Positions 40,824 through 52,989 of a stretch of 64,000 nt of DNA are shown here, in pieces. Origin of the DNA: Macrostomum hystrix (lineage: Eukaryota > Animalia > Platyhelminthes); NCBI GenBank assembly GCA_950097015.1, contig CATNEN010000003.1, positions 1,674,001-1,738,000 on the forward strand, written 5' to 3'. The position numbers and the translations under genes are program-made. Each line of letters starts with the position of its first letter. The stretch's first letter is position 1. The notes beneath the pieces were generated by a model, which was given only the letters and a program-made list of their open reading frames with translations, was not told the origin of the DNA and searched no databases.

Positions 40824-43800
40824 TCAGTCGTCAATAACTTTAGCCTGTTTAGATTGCCTCTGTTGCACCTGCTGGGCTGCAGACGAGGCAGGCTTTGAAT
40901 CGGGCAGTACGGCCCATAAATCCTGCAGATTAAAGCCTTCCTTCACTGACTCGATGGCGACTTCCAGTTCCGCTGAGAATATTGCCTCGCGATCAACAGA
41001 CTTGTCACCGTCGGCGAGGTAGGCCTAGAAAATTCAGTAGAATATTAGGAACTTTGTGTGAGGATGTTATCCACGTATGACTACTTGACTCAGGTGTATT
41101 ATCACAGATCCCTTTGATCTTTAAATAGATAATCACAGATCCCAAGAAGTAGATTAAGTAGAGCCATGAGTAGATTCTTACAGATGACCCATTGGCATTC
41201 CTAACTGACCCACACTGACCCATTAGCATTCCTAACTGACCCACACTGACCAATTAGCATTCCTAGCTGACCCACACTGACCCATTGGCATTCCTAACTG
41301 ACCCACACTGACCCATTGGCATTCCTAACTGACCCACACTGACCCATTAGCATTCCTAACTGACCCACACTGACCAATTAGCATTCCTAGCTGACCCACA
41401 CTGACCCATTGGCATTCCTAGCTGACCCACACTGACCCATTGGCATTCCTAACTGACCCACACTGACCCATTAGCATTCCTAACTGACCCACACTGACCA
41501 ATTAGCATTCCTAGCTGACCCACACTGACCCATTGGCATTCCTAGCTGACCCACACTGACCAATTAGCATTCCTAGCTGACCCACACTGACCCATTGGCA
41601 TTCCTAACTGACCCACACTGACCAATTAGCATTCCTAGCTGACCCACACTGACCCATTGGCATTCCTAACTGACCCACACTGACCAATTAGCATTCCTAG
41701 CTGACCCACACTGACCTATTGGCATTCCTAGCTGACCCACACTGACCAATTAGCATTCCTAGCTGACCCACACTGACCCATTGGGATTCCTATCTGACCC
41801 ACATTTTCTGTCGGCAAAACATTTCACACTGACCGCAAAGACATCCTTCTGCTCGTCGGTGTCGTCCATTTCGAGATCGTCCTGAGCTGATTCAACCGTG
41901 AAGCTGCTACCTCGAGGATCGTCATCGGAGACTCGTTCAAATTCAACGCCGAACACGGGCTCCTTGGAGTACACGTGAAACAGGCTCTGAATCTGCTGCG
42001 CCACTTCTTTCAGTTTGTCGGCCGGATCAACGCGGAAGCCAAGGACATAGCCGCCACTCTAAAAATATTTATATATTAATAAATTAGTTGTCCTGGTATT
42101 AATAGTGCAAAAAACTAGTTAAAAAGTAGGATTATTTGACAGTAGAAAGACCACGGGCTATTTAAAATAATAATTTTTTTCTCAATTCTTTAAAACATTC
42201 AACCAATCGCCATGAAAACCAGAACATCGGTTTCAATTTTCCACTCCATCCGATAAAACAACTTCCTGCAAGATATTCAACGATTATCTGCAACTGCAAT
42301 TCATTGCAACTGTAAGGTAGAAAACAACAGAAGCTATATATAGATCAAATTATACAATAGAAATGACACCAAACTTTGGTGGGCCAAATAATGGACCTGC
42401 AATGAAAAATACCAGTCATTGGCTATGCCTGTATGCCGTGTTTGTCAAGCGAAAAAAGATTGAAATAACCAGACTTGGTTATGCATAAATAAAAACAGAA
42501 GCTTAAAAAAGCAACATAAAGATAAAAACTAATTTGTTAAAAAGAGAACATACGGAAAGTGGAAACAAATTTCAAACATGTTTCACGCATTGCAACCAAA
42601 TGTTGGCATTCGCATAAACTTCTACTCGTATTGTCATACCTTATCATCATTTCGTAGAAACGTCTGAAAGGTGCAATCGAGACAATCAAACTAGCTCGCT
42701 CGTGCTCACAATTTTATCATTTTTATCGCGTTTTAGCTCGTATTTAAACCGCTGACCAACTAACCGTAGATAAACATAAACAAAATCAAGGACCACTAGA
42801 AGAAGAAGGAGGGGACACTTGGATTCTTGGAAAAATCTAACTTGGAAAGGCTGAATTTCACGGAGAAATTATCGCGACAGGAAATTTTGCACGTTTTCAC
42901 GTTCAGTTTAAAATGTTGATAACTTTTTTTGGAACCAGATCCAATGATGTCCTTTTAATATATCTTGCAAAACATGTTGCTTCACAGAACTTTAGATGGC
43001 TTCATTTATGAATAGTTATTCTTCATTTTATTTTCGTTTACTATTATGAACCACAATAGCAGCCAATCAGACATAAAACTAGACTATAGCTTAGACTACA
43101 GATTTTTTAATGAAAAAGTCAGCATATTTCTCGTAATAAACTTATACTTGACTTAAAAATTACTGTAAAACTAGAGTTAGTGTATTTTAGTGTAGTGTAT
43201 TTTATCCGTTAAAAAATCTGCCTTTGATATTTTTTTTCCAAGAAACAAATTGTCCCGACCTTTTTTTTCTAGAGGTCATCCACAAAATTTGCAAGCTGGA
43301 AGTCTGACCTGAGCCATTGTTTCAATGACGATTGCGAGGCCAAATTTTGAGTCGCGAATTCGGACGGATTTCTGAAATGAAATTAAAAGTTGCAATTTAA
43401 ATTTCTGTCATATTTCATATTTGACTTCTGAAAGAGTTCACGCCGCTGCGAAAATCGATGCCAACTTGATTAAATGATCAGAATCTCACCATCTGTAGAT
43501 ACGGCACGCTGATATTGAACGCTTCGTTCATAACGGCGAACCAGACAACTCGAACATTGGAGATACAGAATGCGCCCAGATTGCCCTGATCGGAGCTTAG
43601 ATTCCAGACTCCGGCTATTTCAGAGAGCAGCTCCTCCTGGGGTAGGAGGCGGATTCGCTTGTCCGATACCACAGCACTGCGCAGCTTCAGGTCGCGATAC
43701 AGTCGTGTGGACTCGTACGAGCTGCCGAGGGTGAGTTTGGTTTGCGCTAATCCTTCTACTATTATTTCCGTTTTTTGCTTATCACCGACACCCACCTCCC

Positions 43801-45668
43801 TCCTTCTACGAGTACTACTAAGCCAATCACAGAGCCACGTGCCAAGGACGCGCCCCCAGCACGAATCACGCGCATGATTCGTGCCACTTATGTGACTAGA
43901 GAATGAAGATTACTAATGACCTTGTAAAAATTTTCAGCGTGCCACTTTCTAACTAACTAATAGTAATGCGTGGTATGTGTGCTGTTAATTGCGCCAACCC
44001 TTTTACTATTATTTCCGTTTGTTTGCTTATCACCCACCTCCCTCCTTCTACGAGTACTACAAGCCAATCACAGAGCCACGTGCAACGGACGCGACCCCAG
44101 CACGAATCACGCGCATAATTTGTGCCACTCATGGGACTAGAGAATGAAGATTACTAATGTCATTGTAATAATTTTCAGCGCACCACTTTCTAACTAACTA
44201 ATAGTAAAGCTAGTTTTAAGAAATATTATTTTTTCGATTACTCAGTCTTTCGCTGACCCTGTTTTCTTTGCTTTTCTATATCGCTTTTCTATATCAGTGT
44301 GTCAACTTAGGCCAATTGAGCTCTATACCGTTTCCTGACTTAAGAAAGGTAAGAAATAAAAAAACTTAATGAAATAAACATAGATTAATTAAAGTAATAT
44401 CAACTAACCGATGCACAGACATGACAGAGGCGAATAAACGTGGCGATCCGGGATCCAGGTTGGTGAAGATAAACTCAAACCGAGTCTGGCCTGACTTAGT
44501 CAACACAAAAAGTGCCTCAACATTGCCTTTTAGTTTCTAAAATAAAAAATATAATATTGAGAAATGGATAGTAAATCAAACAGTTTTTTTATACAAAGTA
44601 AAATATTTGCCGAAAACTTACTGAGAATGTTTGTTTAACTGCAATGCTGATGACACAGTTGTATCCAATAGCTGCATATAAATTGGCAGAAGGAAAGCAC
44701 AAATTTGGATACTTTTTATGAATTAAATAGCATAAATAGTTAACTTAATTAAAATGTGAAACTAACATAAGTTAATTCTTGGCATCGTATGAGAGTGCCA
44801 AATAAGTCGTAAATTAGTTATAGCTAGTCGACCTGAAAATAAAATAAACAGGAAAATGCAAAAATGATAATTTGAATATTAAAATAAGAAACATGCAGCT
44901 CCAAATGCATACCTCTGTCGCCATTATTTCCTTTTGTGTCTTCAACAGAATCCAATCTGTCTATGAGTTTTTCACCAGGCCTCAGGTTCATCAACCTAAA
45001 ATGGTGGTGGTAAAAATTATATACAATTTAAGACCACATTGAAATGCTAAAATCTAGTGGTAACAGTTTTTTCAGTAAAAATTCACACTTAGTTGTTTTT
45101 TAACTTTCTAATAAATAGCAAATAAAATATTATGTGCCTGAACCAAACCTAAATATATCTACACTACACATTAAATACGTCCATTCTCAATGAAATTCAT
45201 AAAATTATACTAGTAAAAAGTAAAAATAAATTGCAAGTAAATAGAATCTAATTTTAGCAAAATATAATATTTTTGTTCAAAAATTCTAGTTTTAAAGATA
45301 ATGCTTTGAAACTTAAGCTTATGCTTCTAGTTCCTCAAAAAAGTTTATTGTTGTGATGCACATAAAACTTTAAGTTACACTCAAACAGGAAAATCAACTA
45401 ATATATAAATGTAATACTTTATCAAAAGATGAAGTACAAGCATTAATTTAGTGCAAGAATCGTAATGATCTTACTAATGGGAGAGGGGCTTCTGCACGCC
45501 TCAATTCAAAAGTGACTGTATTGTACAAGCGCCAGAATTCGCATTAAGTCCTGAAAACTTACAACTGAAAACGAATCGCTTGTATACTTTATCAAAGAAC
45601 ATAACAGTGAACACTTACTTTGGGTCGACATCGAATCTAATATCTCTATCTTGCCAGAGATACTCCAT
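40824..45668 (-). CDS. BBS5: Bardet-Biedl syndrome 5 protein (BBSome subunit)
   Basis: Nine phase-consistent exons: 45668-45619, 44995-44913, 44832-44767, 44671-44622, 44536-44409, 43721-43490, 43371-43309, 42058-41834, 41024-40824. Translation includes [55 protein letters not shown] and [12 protein letters not shown]. Confidence 0.97.
41184..41800. repeat. 30-bp minisatellite (CTGACCCACACTGACCCATTGGCATTCCTA-like) in the last BBS5 intron
   Basis: Tandem units. Confidence 0.93.
43752..44207. repeat. ~210-bp direct duplication in BBS5 intron 5
   Basis: 43752-43965 and 44003-44207 are near-identical (TACTATTATTTCCGTT...CTAACTAACTAATAGTAA). Confidence 0.85.
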
Positions 45669-46597
45669 TTCTGCACACTCTCTTATAATATCAGTTGATT
45701 ATGCGCACTCAGAGATAAAATTTGACCCAAAGCAGTGCCAATCCCTAATTAATACGTGATAAAATACCTAAGAAGCGTTTAATCTAAAAGTCGGCATGAA
45801 GCATGGCTATTTACTTATAAAGACATGCTTCGCGAAAAAATTATTACTATTACTATTTATTGTTTTTACTTAAGGGAGACACAGAAGAATTTCTTTGTAC
45901 AGCTTTAAATCAGTGTACAAGCTTTGTTATAACTGCTTACTACAGAAATGCCTAAAGCCCACATTTAATCTGAACGACATATATAGCTAAAAAGCAGTTT
46001 AAGCTAGCTGTAACACTTTTATCATGTGATTTTATTAGTTAAATGTAAATCAGCATACCTTAAATAATTCCTTTTCATATACCTTTAATTAACTGTTCAT
46101 TAAAATTTTTGCTACAATCTATACGATTTCGTATCTCCGATTCCAATTTCAACCGTTCAATGAAAAAACTGAAATGTTCATTGTACCTGCATATTATATG
46201 TTGGCGATTTCAGTTCATAAAATACAACTACATATCTTTTATGCGTAAGCTCAATATCAAATTCCTGTATTTTAGTAATAATAAAATATACGACGATCGA
46301 GATCTGCTGCTTTCTCGCCAAAAGCGCAAGCGCTTTAAATGATTTTTATCATTTATATCAGTCTGATATTTTCATATGTACTTTCGAAACAAAAAACTGT
46401 CGCGTCACTTTTAGAGAGAAGAAAGCATTCCCGTTGGCCGTTTTTTCTCTACATAATTTTTTTGTTAAACAGTGGTGCGAAAATACAAGTTATATTGAAA
46501 AAAGCAATGACATAGATGCGACATATAGAAGTATGTGCCCACTGTTTGTTGAAAAGCATCTAAAGTAAATCTGATGTGTAAAAAATCCGCCCGAAAT

Positions 46598-47108
46598 TTA
46601 ACCTTCGTCACCCTTCTCTAAATATAGCTTTTTTACGTGCAAACTCTGCGGCGGTGGCTCGTGCTCCAGCTGGCTCCAGCTGATGTCGGCAAAGTAGGCG
46701 GCTCGCATGGCCTCCTTGATGGACGCTCTTTGGCAAGGGTCGCGTCTAAGCAAATTTCGCAGCAGCTTTTTTAGAAATTCGTCATGCGGCTTCTGCAACT
46801 GGCAGGCTTTGCACAGGTGAAAACGCCAGGTGGGAGCTGTGGAGTTTTGAAATTTGCTCCACATGTGCGTACTGGACGGAATGCAGATCTCGCTGACAAA
46901 GAAGCCAAAAAGCCAGGAGTCGATCCTGTGGATTTGAGTTTGAGTTTTTGAGTTTTGAATTTATAATCCAAAAAAGATAATTTAATATTTTTTTAAATCA
47001 AATTGATCTGAATATCTAAATAATCAATAAATAAAACTAACTATAGTCAATCAACGAATCAGAAAACAAAAAAATCATTCAATCAATAAAAATCAACAAT
47101 TAACCCAG

Positions 47109-47139
<31 letters not shown>

Positions 47140-49054
47140 CTACTAATCAATGAACCACTAATCCATCAATCGGTATAAATTATCACTAAAAACTTCCTTA
47201 GGTAGAATTCATTTATCATAATCAATTACGGATGATTAAAAAATTCACTCAAACTCACTTGAAATCGTTGGTTCCCGCTCCCAGAACCAAGCACTCGGGC
47301 GGATAATACTGCATGGTGGTCACTCGCTTATTAGGAAAGTAAGCTTCACGACTGGTTTTGCATTCCACAGCCAGGCCAAAGTCTGCCAGCTGCGGTGTGC
47401 CGCGGTGATCAATCAGCACGTTGTCGGCCTTGATGTCCTTGTGACAGATGCCAATCCTGTGCAACCTGTGTATTGCGCTGAGCACACAAGCTGAGTAGTA
47501 CTTGATGAGGTCGCATGGAAATTTACCAATCTCACGCTTAATCACCTGGTTAGAGATTAGAGTGGGTTGGCTTGCAAATTACTACTCACTCAATTACTCA
47601 CTCACTCACTCACTCACTCACTCACTCACTCACTCACTCACTCACTCACTCACTCACTCACTCACTCACTCACTCACTCACTCACTCACTCACTCACTCA
47701 CTCACTCACTCACTCACTCACTCACTCACTCACTCACTCACTCACTCACTCACTCACTCACTCACTCACTCACTCACTCACTCACTCACTCACTCACTTA
47801 CTCACTCACCTTCAGTGACGAGTGCTTGGCCTTGTACATAACGGACACAAAGAATTTGGCAGTTATGTAATAGACCAACAAGTCTGAGATAAATCGGGAC
47901 TCTCTTTGAGCAGCAATCTGCAAGTTGGCCTTCAGTTGGTAGCGCTCAATTCTATGGCGACAGGCGCTGTGTAGGCAGACCTTCATAGCCAAGCTGGACG
48001 AGTGCTGACGACGGCGAACAAACAGAACGAAACCCTGGCCTGCGATCAATGTTTATCGTTTGTTGGGATCATTTAGGAGCCTAGGATTTACTAGTAGAGA
48101 CATTTTTCGATAATTTAGGAGCCGCATCTTATATACGTTTTGTTTATTCTTATAAAAGTCCTTAGCGGGGAGTCACTGGCAGAGCGTTTAACGCGTTGCC
48201 TCTCTAAGCCAAGGTCCCTAAGTTCGATTCCGCGGCGAGGCCACATTCGTTTGAGAGAAGGCTTGGGGGCTTGACGTGCAATTTTACGCCCTTGAGGGCC
48301 AACCTCCAAGGCACAGTGAGAGCGTACACTGCCTGAAGATAAGAAAGTCAGGACAGATGTACACACCTGTGTGAGCGTGTGCCTGCGTACAGTATCTGTG
48401 TGCAGCGTGTGGGCTCAGGAGTAAGCGAAATGGACAGAGTTGCCTCCTCGCTGGCTGCGGGTCTAGTGTCGCCAGCGCCCTCATGCAATAATTATTACTA
48501 TTAACGTCCCAAGCTTATGAATGAAATTTTACCAGGCATTGTTTCTTACCTCCAACAAAAATCCGTCTGTCCTTGCGTTGCAGCACGTACTCGTTCATGA
48601 ACCATTTCTTGGATCCCTCAGAGAATCTGACACTGTCTTTAGTGACTTCGCTAAATAGATCGGCGATATTCAAACTGGTGACGAGTTTCATAAACTCTTT
48701 TTTATCCAGATTTTCCCAATCGATGCCGAGCTGGTTGTGATTGTTTAAGTTGCAGCGTCTTCGACCTGGTAGAGTCGCAACTGTTGTCTTCTTCTTTGGT
48801 TTGCGTTTCAGCCTCTCAACCGGATGTCTCGACGCATGCAACTTCCTGTGGTTGCAGTCGAGGCAAACGCTTGCAACATTGCAGAAACAATCAAAATTTG
48901 TGTACGAACGGACATTGGAGTGCAAATCGTCCGACGATAGCAGACTGGAAGACGAACGAGAATGTCCAAGTTGATAGGGACGAAAATTGCTCACAAGATC
49001 GTCAACGTTGCTGCCTTCGCTGAGATAGTCGCTGAGCAGTGCACTCGACTCCAT
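46598..49054 (-). CDS. Divergent Ser/Thr protein kinase (AGC-like)
   Basis: Exons 49054-48550, 48039-47810, 47545-47259, 46925-46598. Motifs: IFVGG|QGFV, LAMKV, HKDIKADNVL, LADFGLA, TMQYYPPE, IDSWLFG, LLRRDPCQR, YFADISWSQL..PPP. Confidence 0.88.
47597..47808. repeat. (TCAC)n microsatellite in kinase intron 2
   Basis: About 50 near-perfect tetranucleotide units starting at the splice donor. Confidence 0.97.
48168..48472 (+). mobile_element. SINE family A, near full length, in kinase intron 1
   Basis: TGGCAGAGCG ... AGTTCGATTCC ... GCTGCGGGTCTAGTGTC; reverse-complement homolog of 1408-1705. Confidence 0.82.
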
Positions 49055-50031
49055 GAATGAAGTAGCTTTTGAGCTTTCTCTGACGATGATTGCCTTGTGA
49101 CAGTTAATGCTTATGCGATCAATTGTGTCATGTCTAGTTGAAAATTAACAATTGAAAAAAATGATAGACTTTTTTCAATTCGTCTAAACGAAAAAAAACT
49201 ACACAGATAATTAATCAGACTTTGGTATCGATGGTTTCGTCTTACTAATCTGGGCTCGCCGTTTCACTGCTCAGTCAAGGCGAGTGTTTCAACAAAAATT
49301 TTGTTGGCCACACTTTTTGGCCATAGACAGTGAAGCATTATAGACAAACTGTCGACAAGGAATGGCTTGAAGGTCAAATTTTTTTTTCTTTTCTTAGGAT
49401 TTGTTTCATTTTTTTGCCAATTTTTAATTTTGTATTTAAAAATGGATGCAAAACATATACATTACAGGTAGGGACCAGCAGAACTATTAGAAAGATGATT
49501 GAAGTTGCAATTTTTTTAAAAGCATGGACCCAATTCTTTGCTAAAAATGCATTCGGGATTTCACGTGAGCATCATTTGGTGACACTGGACCCGCAGCCTG
49601 TGAGGAGGCAATTCTGCCCATTTCGCTGACTACTGACCAGAGCACACACGCACACAGATACCATACGCAGGCACACTCTCACACAGGTGTGTACATCTGC
49701 CCTGGCTTTCTCGTCGTCAGGCAGTGTACACTCTCACTAGGAGGTTTGGCCCTTAAGGGCCCTCAAGGGCGTCCCCAATTAAAGATGTTTGTCACCGAAG
49801 TTTATATTCGAAGGGAAACTATAAAATGTAGGCTCGCTAAAAAATCAAGCAATGAATTGAAAGAGTGCTAATTTTAAAGCGTTTTCCCATTGTAATAATC
49901 GCTCGAATTCGAAGTGTATTTTTCAAGTATTATTTTTTTCTACGGCTACAGGTACGTCGAGTATTAAAAGATCAGGTCGGGGGGCGGAGTCCAGTCCGGT
50001 TGTCCTTGTTAGCCTCAGCTGTAGGCGGGGC

Positions 50032-50292
50032 CTACTTGCCAGAGATGTGCTTGTAGACCCTGTAGGCCGTCTTGGCGGCGCGAAGCACGTGCCCCCACCT
50101 GATGCGGCGCAGACGGATGAACTTCTTCTGCAGCTCGGCGGCCTTCTCCTCCGACATGTTCGACTCGTCCATGTCAGCCAGGGCCTCCAGCGCCGCCAGC
50201 GACTCGGTTTCCTCCTCCGACAGCTCCTGGCTGGGCCTGGCGACTGCCAGAGCTGCGCACAGCAGGAGTCCGAGAGCAAACTGCCACTTCAT
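50032..50292 (-). CDS. Secreted prepro-peptide, putative cationic antimicrobial peptide, copy 1 (86 aa)
   Basis: Intronless GC-rich ORF: signal peptide MKWQFALGLLLCAALAVA, acidic pro-region, KK/RLRR sites, then FIRLRRIRWGHVLRAAKTAYRVYKHIS-GK. TATAAA lies ~90 bp upstream. Confidence 0.82.
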   Translation of the reverse strand: MKWQFALGLLLCAALAVARPSQELSEEETESLAALEALADMDESNMSEEKAAELQKKFIRLRRIRWGHVLRAAKTAYRVYKHISGK

Positions 50293-50381
50293 GTCTGTGC
50301 TGCTGTTGCTTGATGAAGCAGGTAGAGAAGCTGAGAGTTAGCTTTGGCTTGGAGCTCTACTCAGCATTTAGAGACCTCTGA

Positions 50382-50387
50382 TTTATA
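50382..50387 (-). promoter_or_regulatory. TATA box of peptide gene copy 1
   Basis: GTGTATAAAT on the minus strand, conserved in copy 2. Confidence 0.6.
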
Positions 50388-51088
50388 CACTCGGAATCGG
50401 CACGTTTTTCCGGTCAGCGGAATGCAGGCTCCAAATTACCACCTTCCACGTGCGTTCTCAAGTGCTTCGCACTGAGTTGCGCTGGTGATATTTTGTGTCT
50501 GAGTTCGCTTAGAAGGTCAATATCCATGCATTGAGCCATTTAGGAGCCAACCCTGCATCTTCAAATGCAATAAACTGCTTTGCGGCGGTGAGTCTATTCT
50601 CAAGTTCGCCCAGTCCTTCCAGAGTTCAAGCTCAGTAGCAATTGTAGAGAACAATAGGCCATTATCTTCAATATTTTCGGGCCAAGCTGTTTCTGAATTG
50701 CAGTTGATGGTTTTTTCAGAAAGTTTTTTGTCTCTTGCTGGATGCTTAACTCACCTTCACCTTGCCTCCACATTCACCTTATGAGATGCTTGGTGACATA
50801 CAAGTTTGGCTTGAGTCGAATTCAGTTAATCTGATTTTTTGCCAGTTTAAAATGTAACATTTCAAACGATGCAACTTTTGCTTTTAGTACATTGTTGCTT
50901 AGTATTGCTAATTGATATGCAGTGAATTGGCGGACAGACACTTGACGAGCCATTAATTCCCCATTTAGGATAAAAAAGTCACGTTTTAAGCTCTGAGAAA
51001 AAATCAAAAATATGATTATCATATGCTGTGTTCTTAATACATTTTTTATCTCCTAGATAAAAGCATACTACTATATTTAGTAAATATA

Positions 51089-51814
51089 CGAGGTGTGGTC
51101 AAGTTCAAGTGAGACAGTCTCGGCAGCCTCGTTATTAAACACTTTAGAGGAAAGCAGATGATTTATTCTGTCAGAGCATGAATTTTAACATACTATTAGC
51201 AAAACTTCAGTTAAAAAAACTAGCAAAAACTGTACGCTTTCTCATTGAACAAAAGTACAGGGCGAGAGACCCAAAAATGGGGTACTATTGCCCAGAAATA
51301 TTGGATGTTCTTGTCGCTTCTTCAATTTTCTAAATGTCAACGTCAGAAAAGGCCTCATCTTCGTCCTCTGCTATCTTCGAGCCCTTCTCGACGTAGTTGC
51401 CCTTCATCTCGACACACTTCTTGAGCCGCTCGATCCACTTGTCAAAGGCTGAGGCGAAGGCACCTGGCGAAAGGCGGCTGCAGGCTCGCTCCCACTCCAC
51501 CTTGACGGTGTCTCCACTGATGGAGACGCCCCCAGCTCCCCCTTGATCGTTGGGAAGAGGAAATAGTCAGCTGGCGCCAGGTCTGGGGAGTAGGGAGGAT
51601 GAGGGACAACCTGGACAACCTGTGCCATTTTTTTGGTTCTTGTGGCTGATGCACTCTATCAAGTTGTAGCTAAGGCAGAAGTCGATGAAAAAATCTGATT
51701 TTTTGTCACTGATTGTCTATTTGTCTAGCTAAAATATGAAACACTTGCGAAGATGATCGGGTGGGATTTACCATAGATATTGCGTTTGTCTCACTTGAAC
51801 TTGACCGCACCTCT
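51089..51814 (-). mobile_element. Non-autonomous mariner (Tc1/mariner) element
   Basis: 28-bp TIRs CGAGGTGTGGTCAAGTTCAAGTGAGACA / TGTCTCACTTGAACTTGACCGCACCTCT flanked by TA. Internal transposase remnant HPPYSPDLAPADYFLFPTIK carries the mariner YSPDL motif. Confidence 0.92.
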
Positions 51815-51835
51815 TAGTATCTGTGGATAAGTATA

Positions 51836-52720
51836 TAATCTCTCCCGTTTATTCATTTATCTGTGGCCGTCAGAACGACTAAGAACGATTGTTTCTCGGC
51901 CGAGGCGCAGCCTAAGCCAGAGAAACGAGTTTGAAGTCGTTCTGACGGCCATAGAAAAATGAATAAACGGGGGGAGATAGTATTTTACCCCAACTTGGCT
52001 CGGTCTTGTGGAAAGAAAGAACTATAGCTCAACAGTCTATGGTTCTGATCGAAACGGTTCCAAATAAATCGTTTCCTCGTCCGGGACGAATAAATATTTG
52101 TTCATCCCGGACAAATAAATGGTATATATTCCCCATTTATTCCAGGGCTAGGGTAATAAATGCTTGAGTGCGTCGTTTATTGACCGAGGCGAAGCCTCGG
52201 TCAATAAGCCATGCACGAGTGCATTTATTGCCATAGACACTGGAATAAGTGGGGAATATTATATGTATCCCTCAGTTGAATAGCATAAAGTACAAAGCTA
52301 AAAGCAAAAATGGCCATAGACACTAGCATTAAGGTACTGTACCGCTAAATGAAAGATGCGCTCGTAAAAAGGAGACAGCTAGTTAGTTAAAATGGCTACC
52401 GAAAGACTTGTCAATCTGACTGACGAAGAAGTCAGTTCACTCATCGAAGGAACGGTTCCAACAAACACGCTAAAGAAATGTCACTGGATGTTTTCTACTT
52501 TCCAAGAGTAGAAATGCGGCGAAGAAAGTGCTCTGGTGTTCCGACGGTGGACCCTCGCTTATGGTACTGAAAGGCGCAGATTAGTTCTCGAAGTTCTCCG
52601 ATTAGAACTTTCTAATGAAAAGTTTCATTCTTGAGGTGAGGACAAAGCGCAACGGTCGCTACTCCGCTGGGACATTAAAGGATTTCTTTTCGTCAATACA
52701 ATGCGCCATGTGTATCGCCG
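51836..52720 (+). mobile_element. Crypton-like (tyrosine-recombinase/DUF3504-associated) element remnant with long palindromes
   Basis: Two ~135-bp hairpins (51840-51978, 52127-52260) centred on CCGAGGCGNAGCC. Then a broken ORF from 52392, MATERLVNLTDEEVSSLIEGTVPTNTLKKCHWMFSTFQE*, and FLMKSFILEVRTKRNGRYSAGTLKDFFSSIQ, resembling N-termini of Crypton/DUF3504 proteins (recognised from memory). Confidence 0.55.
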
Positions 52721-52989
52721 TCAGTGGTGCATCTGGACGGACATCGACATACACAAGTGCAACTGTTAAATGGTTAAAATTTCATGTTGAATCGATTTCA
52801 TTTTAAAATATAAAGTTCTCGTTTATTTGCACTCTGTGCCGGTGCAAATAAATCATTTATCTGCACCGGTGCAGATAAACAAAATAAACCATTAGAACAT
52901 AGACTACTGCACCAGTGCAACTGGGAGATACATGCTTCAACACTAGACCATAGACTTATTTGACCGGGACAAGTGGGGGATAAACGACA

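Larger units (their letters stand above)
49373..50452 (-). repeat. Left arm of a ~1.08 kb inverted segmental duplication (includes peptide gene and partial SINE A at 49573-49776)
   Basis: Near-identical reverse complement of 55263-56350. Confidence 0.95.

Noticed and set aside
48323-48365. Hammerhead ribozyme in SINE A (CTGANGA..GAAA)
   Set aside because: Only 3 nt separate CTGANGA and GAAA (no stem II), and CCTGAC pairs with downstream GTCAGG in a simple hairpin; no convincing stem III or cleavage triplet.
49923-50341. Alternative-frame and antisense ORFs over the peptide genes (also 55375-55760)
   Set aside because: Only the MKWQF frame has an ATG downstream of a TATA box and a coherent signal/pro/mature structure.
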